64,000 nt of DNA from Octopus vulgaris (lineage: Eukaryota): the NCBI GenBank assembly GCA_951406725.2, contig OX597816.1:17918001-17982000 (forward strand), in the 5' to 3' direction. This document shows positions 1 to 11,282 of this stretch, one piece after another. Both the position numbers and the translations under genes were made by a program. The notes beneath the pieces were generated by a model, which made no database searches, had not been told where the DNA came from, and saw only the letters and a list, made by a program, of their open reading frames with translations. How positions within the stretch are numbered: the first letter of the stretch is position 1; every line of letters starts with the position of its first letter.

Positions 1-81
1 ACAAACATACACACAGGCAGACAGACAGATATTTATACACACACACAAACACACACATATATGTATATATGTATATATATA

Positions 82-535
82 AATTTAAATTTAAAATAAT
101 AAGGGTGAAAAATTGAATATTAATTTGATTAATATGAATTTAAAAGCAGTGGTCTACCATATTGAAAAACTTGTAGTTTTAGATTAAATTATATTACATA
201 CATATAAGTTGCATGACCTGTAAGTGATCTTCCATTATGCTAGAAAAAGATCCGCCACGGTTTCACCACTAAGAAAGAAATGTTCTCAAGAAAATTTAGC
301 AAACGCCAGAACATAAGCGAACAAGACAAATGAAAAGATACAAAATATAGATTAATCACAAACCAGGTTTCATCGTTAACCCTTACGTAATCATATAGGT
401 AGTTATCCGCAACTCATCAGTATGATCGTCTTTGCAAATATAATTTGCAGAATTATACACGAGTCGTACTTTCTTAACGGTTTCTTCTAGCATAATGAAT
501 GTCCACTTACAGGTCATCCCTCTTATATGCATATA
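82..535 (-). mobile_element. Short non-coding hammerhead-bearing element (Penelope-like pLTR/retrozyme-like), 3' end abutting (TA)n
   Basis: Contains the hammerhead fold at 355-426. Its terminus (taagggtgaaaaattga...gtggtctaccatatt) is shared with 62222-62280 (taagggtagaaattga...gtggtctagcatatt). Flanked by TA repeats. Confidence 0.6.
355..426 (-). ncRNA. Minimal type I hammerhead ribozyme (predicted)
   Basis: Minus strand reads AUCAUA-CUGAUGA-GUUG...CGAU-GAAA-CCUGG-UU/UGUGAU. Stem I is 6 bp with one G-U, stem II is long and imperfect, stem III is near-palindromic ACCUGGU, and the cleavage triplet is GUU. Confidence 0.75.
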
Positions 536-547
536 TAAATAAATATA

Positions 548-920
<373 letters not shown>

Positions 921-944
921 ACTTTTTTCACTGTATAATTCGCA

Positions 945-1230
945 AATCTGTCTGAACAACCTATTAGATCTTCAGGACTACAAAGTCTTAAAGAACCACC
1001 TTCTCACTGTGATTGTTATTTATGTTCCAACTCTTGCATTCGATGAAGAAAACATTGATGCTCTCAGTGCACAGTTAACTTCCACGTTATGATCTACCTC
1101 ATGGAATTCTGAAATGGTAAATATACCTAGAAAAAGTGCGATTGGTATAATGTATTCTAGAAACTTGAATTGTTTGACAAAATCCAGTTTCAGCTGCCGG
1201 TATCGTGTTGGGGAAAGTAAGCACCGTCAT
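945..1230 (+). pseudogene. Degenerate LINE (RTE-like) apurinic endonuclease fragment
   Basis: 1003-1077 translates to LTVIVIYVPTLAFDEENIDALSAQL, resembling the LTIIQVYAPT...EEIDxFYxQL motif of RTE endonucleases. Stops and frameshifts surround it. Confidence 0.5.
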
Positions 1231-1442
1231 TGATATTTCTGTGAACTAGGTTTCTCTTCAATTTTGAGAAAATTTATGGCTCCCGTTTTCGAGTTCTGCG
1301 GTGGAAAGAACCACGAATTATGGTTATATCATCAGAAGACATGATGTCGGTGAATGGAACGAAAACGAACCGAAACTTCTAATTCTTTGTGCGATATTTG
1401 AATTCCTTGTAACTGATTCTATATTCTATCAATTAGAAAAAA

Positions 1443-1620
1443 AGGCGTAGGAGTGGCTGTGTGATAAGTAGCTTGCTTACGAACCACGTGGTTCCGGGTT
1501 CAAAACTACTGCGTGGCACCTTGAGCAAGTGTCTTCTACAATAACCTCGGGCCGAGCAAAGCCTTGTGAATGGATGTGGTAGACGGAAACCGAAAGAAGC
1601 CCGTCGTATATATGTATATT

Positions 1621-1655
<35 letters not shown>

Positions 1656-1891
1656 ATGTTTGTGTGTCTGTGTTTTATGTGTGTGTGTGTATATGTTTTG
1701 TCTGTATTTGTCCTCCCAACATCGCTTGATAACCGATACTCGTGTGTTTACGTCCCCGTAACTTAGCGGTTAGGCAAAAGAAACCGATAGAATAAGTACT
1801 AGGCTTACAAAGAATAATTCCTGGGGTCGATTTGTTCGACTAAAGGCGGTGCTCCAGCATGGCCGCAGTCATATGACTGAAACAAGTAAAA
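1443..1891 (+). mobile_element. tRNA-derived SINE, group A (internal microsatellite)
   Basis: Head ggcgtaggagtggctgtgtg...ggttc, CORE-like ccttgagcaagtg, internal TA/TG tract, tail ggcggtgctccagcatggccgcagtc...gactgaaacaagtaaaa. More than 10 copies in the window. Confidence 0.9.
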
Positions 1892-2005
1892 TAGTAGACA
1901 GAATAAGTGTTCTTATCACCTTCACAAAAACCTAGAGCAGCTGACCATACAATAAATTGTTGCTTCTGTCGTGACCATGTGTCCAAAGAAGTTGCCTTGA
2001 GCACC

Positions 2006-2266
2006 CTGTTCCTTCTTCCTTCTTGAGCCACGCTTGGCTTATAAGGGCCGGTTCCCCTGTTTCCTTGGCGTATATATTCCCCACCTGCACGGGACGCAGC
2101 TCCGTCGCAGGTGAGAGTTGTGGCGAAAGACCCATGACCTTCTGCCGGAACCGCGTGGAGCTTAGGTGTTTCGCTCATAAACACACACATCGCCGGTCTG
2201 AGATTCGAACCCACGATTCCTCGATCGCGAGTCCGCTGCTCTAACCACTAGGACATGTGCCTCCAC
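2006..2266 (-). mobile_element. tRNA-derived SINE, group C
   Basis: A/B-box-like head (gtggaggcacatg...ggttcgaatc). 11-bp TSD ccttgagcacc at 1995-2005/2267-2277, with the empty site at 3430-3440. Confidence 0.9.
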
Positions 2267-2315
2267 CCTTGAGCACCTGGTTGTGAATCACTGCGTATAG
2301 TCCTCACCTTTTAGT

Positions 2316-2677
2316 GACCTTGCAGGTGGAGCCCAGTTAGAATTTTCTTCAGATCGAGTAACCCATCCCGCTCAAAAGGTCCCTGAATAAGGGTTGTTTA
2401 AGGACGTTGAACGAAACACCCATGTTTCCAGAGGTGAATTATTCAAACCCCAAAGAATCCTTCTCAACGCATGGATATGATGCTCACCCACTACTTCTGC
2501 TCGTGATCAGAGATGCACATATTGTCAGCCACTAAGGGACATGCTCAACTGGTTACGGTCAAACAACTGACAAGCAAATCTGTGGTATTGAGCAGAATAT
2601 TTGCTGTAGTCTATCTTTTATACCGAGACAAAACAATGTACATGATAACACTTCCAATCAGTTAAGACCAGAAGCCA
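2316..2677. mobile_element. Unclassified insertion of about 360 bp
   Basis: Present between duplicated blocks here but absent from the paralogous junction at about 3475-3490. Confidence 0.55.
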
Positions 2678-2950
2678 TAAAATCCTCCTACACAGATTCT
2701 TTAATGCTTGCGGAGGAAGGAACCACGAATTACGGTTATATCATCAGAAGACATGACGTCGGTGAATGGGAGGAAAAGGAACTTTTAAAGCTTGGCTTCT
2801 AATTGATTTTGTAATCACGAATAAAAGTTATGTAAAATGTGAATTTCATTAGATCAATACAATTAGCCGGTGACTGTTGGATCATAGAATCACAAGAACA
2901 GTACTAAATGAAATTAAAAATTAAAATAAAACGTCGACTGAAATGCTAAT

Positions 2951-3335
2951 AGGCGTAGGAGTAGCTGTGTGGAAAGTAGCTTGCTTACGAACCACATGGT
3001 TCCGAGTTCAGTCCCACTGCGTGGCACCTTGGGCAAGTGTCTTCTACTATAGCATCGGGCCGACTAAAGCTTTGTGAGTGGATTTGGTAGACGGAAACTG
3101 ACAGAAGCCCGTCGTATATATGTGTGTGTGTCTGTATTTGTCCTCCCAACATCGCTTAACAACTGATGGTTGTGTATTTACGTCACTGTAACTTAGCGGT
3201 TTGACAAAACAGACCAAAAGAATAAGTACTAGGCTTACAAGGAACAAGTCCTGGGGTCGATCTGCTCGACTGAAGGCGGTGCACCAGCATGGCTATAGTG
3301 AAATTACTGAAACAAGTAAGAGAGTAAAAGAGTAA
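2951..3335 (+). mobile_element. SINE group A
   Basis: Same head, body and tail as 1443-1891. Confidence 0.9.
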
Positions 3336-4964
3336 ATAGACAGAATAAGTTTTCTTATCGCCTTCACAAACACCTAGAGCAGTTGATCATGCTGTTGTTT
3401 CTGTCGTGACCATGTGTCCAAGGAAGTTGCCTTGAGCACCTGGTTGTGAATCACTGCGTATAGTCCTCACCTTCCAGTGATCCTCATGGTAAAATCCTCC
3501 TACACAGATTCTTTAATGCTTGCGGAGGAAGGAGTTGGTGAATGGAACGAAAAAGGAACTGATACTTGTGATTCTTCGTTCGATATTTGAATTCCTTGTA
3601 ACTGATTCTATATTCTATCAATTAGAAAAAAATACTATATAGATGCAACTTGTTTTAAAGCTTGGCTTCTAATTGATTTTGTAATCACGAATAAAAGTTA
3701 TATAAAAATGTGCATTTCATTAGATCAATACAATTAGCCGGTGACTGTTGGATCACAGAATCACAGAACAGTACTAAATGAAATTAAAAATTAAAATAAA
3801 ACGTCGACTGAAATGCTAATATAATTCTGGGAGGAAGAAATTAAACGTTAAAAGTCTTCAAGAGCGACATTAGCGACAATTATCTTTCAACCTTGAGCGA
3901 AAGAATTTGTCATTAATCAGTTTGTTGGGAGTCTTAATTGAAGGAGAATAGAGCAGTAAGAAAATGGATTTTCGTTCGTATTGCTTATGGCCACTTTAAT
4001 GCAGCTGTCCTCTAAGAGACGACGATATTGCAATTTAACCTAAGGAAGATATCTCCAATTGATTTATTCTGTGCGATTCTCGCACACGATATTTATTACA
4101 AGCAGGAGACAACTCTTGCTACCCTAGCTTCAAGACAATAAGATCACATGATTTTGATCTGTATTCTATAACCTACGTTGTGGGTCCTTGTTGCCAGCCA
4201 TGGCAGTAGTTTACCTCGCTGGCCAATATATAGAAGACAGTGTCATAAAATTACGGATTTTGTAACTAGGATACTAGTCCGTTATAAATCCTCAGTTTGA
4301 GATGAAAGCAATATACGAATAAAAAGAGTGTTTTTCATCCGTCCCACAGACAGGTATATAATTGTGCGATTACCTACTAATTTAAATAAATTAATTAGTA
4401 AGTGGCTGAGTAGTCCACAGACATGTGTTACCTTACATCAGTTTTTTTAGCTGAAACACTGTCAAGCAATTTGCGCCTAGACTGTAACTTTCAGGTACAC
4501 AGTCAAGCAATGCGATGGGCACCGGCACAACTTCTGGCTATCAGATTTAACTCAGAAGTATGGGTCATCCGAAGAATACGGTAATACAAAATATATAATT
4601 ATATAAATATAATTATTACAAGGATAATAAATAGCAGCTCCACATGTTAAAACAGACGCCAAATGGCTCTAAGAATTACATTACTTAACACATTGGCACG
4701 GGCTAAAAGCGAGGGAAATGAACAAAAAAGATCTTCTTTAAATGATTTAATGCTTTAAATTGGCTTAAATGTGGTAAATAATGTATTTCTTAGAGACATA
4801 TGGCGTCTATTTCTAGCATGTGGCCCTACTCATTAGTGCCATTACAATAATCATATTTATATAATTATATATTTTGTATTAATGCTTACTTGTATAGTTT
4901 ATTGCATGCTGGCTACTTGATAAAACCTTAAACAGATTTTGCCATTGGCTATGTATATCTATAA

Positions 4965-5347
4965 CTAGCAGTATCGCCCGGCGTTGCTCAGGTTTGTAAG
5001 GGAAATAACTATAAAGCACTTTTATAGAGTTATAGCCAAAAAATAGCAAAAAAATGGAAAAAATGATGGTAAATTTTTTTTGAGAGTAAAAAAAGGTGGA
5101 GTTGCGTCCCCTAGACAGTTTGCGGTTTGTGTTTCTAATTCTCGACCCCATGTCGAATTTATCGATTTTTTTCAGAACTGGGGGAACTTTTCAAAATTTT
5201 CGCTGCGTTAGTTTTGAATTATGACATTGGGCTATGTGTGTGTCAAGTTTCATCAGAATCGGTTGAAAGCCGTGGTCAGGGTGAGGGTACAAGCAAACAG
5301 ACACACAGAAACACGCACAGACAAACTGCCGTTTATATATAGAGAGA
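4965..5347 (-). mobile_element. Non-autonomous Helitron
   Basis: Minus strand starts TCTCTCTATATATAAA and ends with a GC-rich hairpin remnant (ctgagcaacgccggg) followed by CTAG. Inserted between A and T, with no TSD. Confidence 0.8.
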
Positions 5348-5978
5348 TAATAAATGGCAAGTTTGTTTGTTTGTTTGTGAATTAGTTATTTTAACTCCCC
5401 CGAGTCTATCCAACAGTCTTTGTCGAAATTTGACACGCGTGTAGGGCTTATGCCCATACGGTCACTTACGCATTTGGTATTTTAAAAAAAATCGATTTAT
5501 AAACAGTAATTTTTAAAAACTCATAAAATTTGTGCATTTTTCACATTAGCCATCATGATATCAATTTGATGAAAAATGCAGAAATTTGACAAATAATGTT
5601 TCATGGCTTTAAACAGACAGCTAATTAACGGTAAACTATTTAGCATTTGCTAATTCTTCATTTCAATACGAATTACTTTGACTTGCTAAAACTTAATATT
5701 TCAATTCGTTGTTTTAATCCATCAGCGTTTCAGGTTTTAAATAGATAAATGCATTTTATTTCTCAAACACAATTTAGGCATTTTGCGCACTAACCGTCGT
5801 GTCATCAATTTGACGAAATCTGCCTCAAAGCGTAAAATTTTGCCATTTTATGCACATGCATAGAAAGGTCGAGGGCACGGGTTCGCTACCATACTGTGCT
5901 AATTTTTTCATCAAATTTGTCCTATCCATTAATATAGATTTTAAATTTTAAAAAAATTCAAAATTTGACGAAAAATGC

Positions 5979-6435
5979 GGATCTTTTCGGCTTGAACGGC
6001 AGTTTTTTTCTAGCGGTGTCATATGAAATTGTCACCCATAATTATGATCCAGTATCGATCTATTGCATTTCAATCTGCTTTAGGGTTAGGGTTAGAGTCA
6101 GGGTTAGTCAGGGTTAGTTAGGATTGGTTAGGGTTAGGGGTGGGTGAAGGGTATCTTTTTTTCTTCACAAATGTAAATAAACTCAATATGTTTCTCAAAC
6201 GAGGGACATATTCATACGGCACAGAATGTTTTTTACCTCAATAGACGTCAGTGATTGGTTGAAATTGTAGAAATTGGAGAAAAAAATAACAAATATCTTA
6301 CAAACTATAGAATTTTCTCAATAAAGCCAAGAGAAAAAGATGTTTTATAAACACATTCTACCAGTATACGAAGTTTAAATTTTTTTAGTTACCTAGAAAT
6401 TATGTTAAAAACTGCCGTTCAAACCGAAAAGATCC
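5979..6435. mobile_element. MITE with 8-bp TSD and internal degenerate (TTAGGG)n
   Basis: TIRs ggatcttttcggcttgaacggcagttttt / aaaaactgccgttcaaaccgaaaagatcc. TSD aaaaatgc at 5971-5978 and 6436-6443. Confidence 0.9.
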
Positions 6436-6621
6436 AAAAATGCTTCATATCTATAAACAGACATCTCATTAATGGTGATTTATTCAGCATTGTTATGGTT
6501 TGCTAAAACTTATTATTTCTATTCGTTGTTTTAATTCACATTTTAAATACAGAAGTGCATTTCATTTCTCAAACATTTTCTATTTAGTATTTCATTCATA
6601 AACATACATATACATACATAA

Positions 6622-6682
6622 ATGGCGGTGCCCCAGCATGGCCACAGCTCATAAGCTGAAACTAGAATCAATCAATCAATCA
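6622..6682 (+). mobile_element. Isolated retroposon 3' tail related to the SINE A tail, ending in (AATC)n
   Basis: ggcggtgccccagcatggccacagc...gctgaaactag(aatc)n. Confidence 0.6.
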
Positions 6683-6735
6683 TACTTACTGACTGTCAAA
6701 CTACATTTATACAAACTACTACTTATGTTTCGTTT

Positions 6736-7050
6736 TTGGACTTGGTTTGTAAGATTCTTTATATGAGTTCGTGTGTTGAAGCATATTCTTTTGTGTCTAG
6801 AGAGAGTAATTTCCTTTTTGTGCCTTATTATGTAACACACCCACCGGTAAAATTTCCACTTATTTCTTATTTTTATTGTCCTAAAATTTTCGTTGCGTCT
6901 TGCAACATTTTCAATAGTTTTGAAAAGGTTGCAAGACGCAACGAAAATTTTAGGAAAATAAAAATACGAAATAAGTGGAAATTTTACCGGTGGGTGTGTT
7001 ACATAATAAGGCACAAAAAGGAAATTACTCTCCCCAGACACAACAGAATA
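6736..7050 (-). mobile_element. Fold-back element (131-bp inverted arms) with degenerate hammerhead next to the apex
   Basis: Arms 6784-6914/6920-7050. Motif UUGAAAA-N-GUUGC-AAGAC-GCAAC-GAAA-AUUU. The terminus is shared with 37657-37704. Confidence 0.7.
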
Positions 7051-7094
7051 CAACTTATGTACAAAATTTAGTTGTTTTATAGAAAAACAGCAGT

Positions 7095-7320
7095 TGCCTA
7101 TGCATACCAGGCTCTCCTCTCTATGCCACCAATGTTATCCAAGGGAAAAGCAAAGGCTTGGCACCAGTGACATAGTAGCTAATTTCTATAGTTGAGTGAA
7201 CTGCAGCAAAGTGTATTAAAGTGTCTTGCTCAAGAACACGACACACAGCCCGGTCCGGGAGTAAAATCCACCACATAATTAGGAGTCTCACGATTTAACC
7301 ACTGAGTCAGGTGCCTTCAA
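7095..7320 (-). mobile_element. Degenerate SINE group D
   Basis: gtcttgctcaagaacac...cccggtccggga...taaccactgag head in reverse orientation. Confidence 0.6.
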
Positions 7321-7325
7321 TTTAA

Positions 7326-7665
7326 CCCTTTAGCATTCAGTTTAGCATTCAAATTCAATGCTTCTTTCGGTTCTATACTTAAGAGATGAGAAATTATGTA
7401 CATTATTTACATTATTTACATTATTTACATTATTTTCATATCTTAACAACAAACAAGATGAGTACAAATATCCGTTAAATATAAATAATGTAAATAATGT
7501 ACAATGCTTGCTTTGAATTAATCCTATCTTATAGCTTTGGGATTTAAATAATCTGATTTTTAGAATGGCATTGTAGATGAAGTATAAGAGGCCCGATGAG
7601 GCCAGTTTGAACAAAAACCAGGTAATATATTTGGACCGGATATAGCCGGTTTGAACACTAAACGG
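7326..7665. mobile_element. Degenerate piggyBac-like MITE
   Basis: ttaa|ccctttagcattca ... tgaacactaaacgg|ttga: CCC-type TIR with a TTAA-like site, and a diverged right end. Confidence 0.45.
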
Positions 7666-8109
7666 TTGAAACTGATCTGATCTTTAGTTTCGACATATCA
7701 GTATAATCAGTAGAGTAGCTAAAGTGTGTTACGGCCATTGGCTGCCCTTGATGTTACTACATTACCGGGTCCCAAAGCCTATACAGATTTATACAACAAA
7801 CCCATAAGTGAAGTCTCAATAAAAGCGTCGGTAGCTGTGGTCGTCTTCTTCTTTTTCTTCTTCTTCCAATCAGGACAGACGCCATTAGCCACAAAGAATA
7901 ATCTCTAATTCGAGCCTACTCTAAGCTACTAAGAATGCGTGTGACAACTTGAAGATCCACCCACCACACGCGGTAGACTGGCTTAAACGGTGGCTTTTAA
8001 TGGGTGGAGAGCTGAACCATCCTAGGGTACAGAGAATTCGCAATCTAGACTAGGGTTTGAAAGTTTACCGCACCATAGTGGGATACACCATGGTTCCTCT
8101 GCTTTTTTG

Positions 8110-8304
8110 CAGAAGTAGGAAGAAAGAGTGAGAAAAAGTTGTGGTGAAAGAGTACAGCGGGGTTCACCCCCCCCCACGCGGGAGTTTCGTGGAGCTTACG
8201 CGTTTTTGCTCAATAAACACTCACAATGCCCGGTCTGTGAATCGAAATCGCGTTCTTACAACCGCAAGTCCGCTGCCCTAACCACTGGGCCATTGCGCCT
8301 CCAC
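8110..8304 (-). mobile_element. SINE group C (partial)
   Basis: Head ctaaccactgggccattgcgcctccac and body gagaaaaagttgtggtgaaagagtacagc. Confidence 0.8.
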
Positions 8305-8789
8305 CCAGCTGTGGTTCGCTCCTCGCCCCTCACCACTCGCCTCTCCTGCATATGCTACTGAGTGCGTGACAGCTTGGGTAAATGCTTCCTAAAATGTCCG
8401 CCATTGTATACACCATTTCTTACTGTGTACATTTTTCCCTGATAAGTTACCGTTCATGCAAACGTTTGTCTTCATCCCATAAATAAATCTGATATTAAAA
8501 TAATAGACATTCTTGATATATCCACGTTTATTTTTTCCCCCTACTTTTGGCAAAAAATGTCATGGTGGACTTTATCAAAGAATTTGGCGAAATAAAAATA
8601 TATTGACCCAGACAAGATCTTCTGGATTTAGTTGCCTTTTCGTAGAAACTGTTTCAGATAGAGTTTTATGGGGCGGAAACGGTACTAACGTGTTGAATCG
8701 ATTCCGGTCTTTTAAAAGCTTATCGTATACTCTCAGCTTCTATTTTTGCTCGGAACACTTGAAAGACATTATATAAGCAATATATGTGT

Positions 8790-8888
8790 ATAAAATATAT
8801 AATATAATATAATACAATATAATACAATATAATACAATATAATATAATATATAATATAATATATAATATAATATATAATATAATATTA

Positions 8889-8935
<47 letters not shown>
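8790..8935. repeat. (ATAAT)n and (TA)n microsatellites
   Basis: Direct reading. Confidence 0.9.
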
Positions 8936-8936
<1 letters not shown>

Positions 8937-9856
8937 AACATATGTTCATACATATTTATATGTGCCTGTGTGTCTATGGTGTTTGAAGCGTCACCTCTTT
9001 CTTCGTATACCAATGTTATCATCGTTTCTCTCAATCCTATTTGCAGTTCGTACCGCCATTATTGATTATCATGTATCTGTCGACTACGATGGGAGCTGAA
9101 GTCAGAAGTTAATGGGAAGGGTATACATAATTTAAGGTGTTTTATCCAGTATCTTAACTAATAATCACGATTTATAACTCGAGTACAAAGACAGATTGTT
9201 TGGTAGGAGGTCTGATCAATTAAATCGATATAAATACCTAATTGGAAAATATGGCAGTCAAAGGTGTATGTAGCTTAATATGTTACAACGGTGAATTGTA
9301 GAGTCATCTGAGCATAGGACGAACTACCTGTCTTTTAAGTGATTTTATTTGCTGAGTTCAAATCCTACCGATGTCAACGTTGCTATTCAACCTCGCAAGG
9401 TCCGAAAGAACAGCATTAGTCGAAGCTGGATGAAGGACAGAATCAATAGAAAATCGGACAGGAGGTTTGAGGTATTCATTTCCGCTTTTTGTGTTTTTAA
9501 TTCAAATTATATTGAGACATACACGTATGGTTGACTTAATGCTTCACTCGAGTCCATAGTGCTGCTTGGAACTTGGCGGTTTTTCGTGGGGTCAACTATG
9601 CTGTAAATATTCAGTCTCGGTTTCCGATTTGATATTAACTTCCTCGTTCCGCTCCACCAATCTTAAAGGTTCTATAAACTGTCATGGACACTATTGATCT
9701 GCTGCTTTGAAAGAATCAGAAATTACCTAAATCAATTCTACTAGGTATTTATGGGTGCTATCGTCCTTCATAACATATTCGTTACTCCATCGAACTAAAA
9801 TATTCATCATAATGATGGTTTACAACGGAAGAGATTATACTGTTAATAGCCTCAGT

Positions 9857-10236
9857 GTGGAGGCGCAATGGCCCAGTGGTTAGGGCAGCGAACTCGCGGT
9901 CATAGGATCGCGGTTTCGATTCCCAGACCGGGTGTTGTGAGTGTTTATTGAGCGAAAACACCTAAAGCTCCACGAAGCTCCGGCAGGGGATGGTGGTGAT
10001 CCTTGCTGTACTCTTTCACCACAACTTTCTCTGACTTCCTGTTTCTGTTGTACCTGTATTTCAAAAGGCCGGCCTTGCCACTCTCTGTGTCACGCTGAAT
10101 ATCCCCGAGAACTACGTTAAGTGTACACGTGTCTGTGGAGTGCTCAGCCACTTACACGTTAATTTCACGAGCAGGCTGTTCCGTTGATTCGGATCAACCG
10201 GAACCCTCATCGTCGTAACCGACGGAGTGCTTCCAC
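9857..10236 (+). mobile_element. SINE group C, full length
   Basis: tRNA-like head. 12-bp TSD aatagcctcagt at 9845-9856/10237-10248. Confidence 0.92.
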
Positions 10237-10649
10237 AATAGCCTCAGTACGTAACAAGGTATGTTTCAGAAAGTTTTATTTTCTCAGTCTTAAGGAAATG
10301 TAAAAGACAAGAGTTTCTAGAGAAAATTTTAACTTTAAACATAAAAGGTTGTAAGTAAGACAGTGTAACACAGTGATTCGGTGTAAGATAGCTTCTAAGT
10401 AAGACTGTAAGACAGCGATTCGTCTATATTGTATCTTCCTTTCCACAATATTCCAACTGGTGATTATTTATAAGTTTTGTTGAACGCTACATATGTAAGC
10501 GTCTTCAGTTAGCGACTGGCATTTTTTCTATGAGTGGACCACCTTGATGCAAAACAAAATCATATCTGAAATCAGTACTTAAGAATAAAAAAAATCAAAT
10601 TAACAACAAAGTCTGGCAATTTAACTTTCCTGATATTTCATTACCAACT

Positions 10650-10900
10650 GGTGGAAGCACTCCGTCGGTTACGACGATGAGAGTTCCGGTTGATCCGAAT
10701 CAATGGAACAGCCTGCTCGTGAAATTAACGTGTAAGTGGCTGAGCACTCCACAGACACGTGTACACTTAACGTAGTTCTCGGGGATATTCAGCGTGACAC
10801 AGAGAGTGACAAGGCGTGCCCTTTGAAATACAGGTACAACAGAAACAGGAAGTAAGAGTGAGAGAAAGTTGTGGTGAAAGAGTACAGCAGGGGTCACCAC
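10650..10900 (-). mobile_element. SINE group C, 5'-truncated
   Basis: Reverse complement of about 9990-10236. 12-bp TSD tcattaccaact at 10638-10649/10901-10912. Confidence 0.9.
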
Positions 10901-11036
10901 TCATTACCAACTAGGTGTACTACAACTAAAGCAAGTTTCGGGACACACTAACCTACATTCTGAATATAGAAAAGACAGGATACTGTTATATGACATATCT
11001 TGGGCATTTTCCAGCCCTCTTAAGATCTGACGAAAA

Positions 11037-11275
11037 CTCTTTTTACTTTTACTCTTTTACTTGTTTCAGTCATTTGAATGCGGCCATGCTGGAGCAAAGC
11101 CTTTAGTCGAGGAAATCGACCCCAGAACTTATTCTTTGTAAGCCTAGTACTTATTCTATCGGTCTCTTACTGAACCGCTATGTTACGGGGACATAACCAC
11201 ACCAGCATCGGTTATCAAGCGATGTTGGGGGGATAAATACAGACACAAACATATACACACACATATATATATGTG
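11037..11275 (-). mobile_element. SINE group A, 3' half
   Basis: Tail and body match the other group A copies. Interrupted at its internal microsatellite by a group B trimer. Confidence 0.85.
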
Positions 11276-11282
11276 CCTATAT

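Larger units (their letters stand above)
1305..3820. repeat. Diverged local tandem duplication with differential insertions
   Basis: Blocks recur: 1305-1365/2718-2778, 1393-1442/3581-3632, 1895-2005/3337-3440, 2679-2721/3491-3533 and 2783-2950/3653-3820. Confidence 0.85.
4958..6590 (+). mobile_element. Older Helitron-like element hosting two nested insertions (3' end not seen)
   Basis: Removing 4965-5347 restores tctataa|taataaatggcaag(tttg)n...gaaatttgacacg, a Helitron-type 5' end. The right boundary is approximate. Confidence 0.45.

Noticed and set aside
1300-1340. CUGAUGA on the minus strand with a following hairpin (also at about 2741)
   Set aside because: No GAAA or stem III follows.
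6080-6145. Telomere or chromosome-fusion scar
   Set aside because: It is short, degenerate and enclosed within a TIR/TSD-bounded MITE.
9857-9930. tRNA-like sequences at SINE heads (also 25337 and 39201)
   Set aside because: They continue into SINE bodies enclosed by TSDs and lack a full cloverleaf, so they are not tRNA genes.
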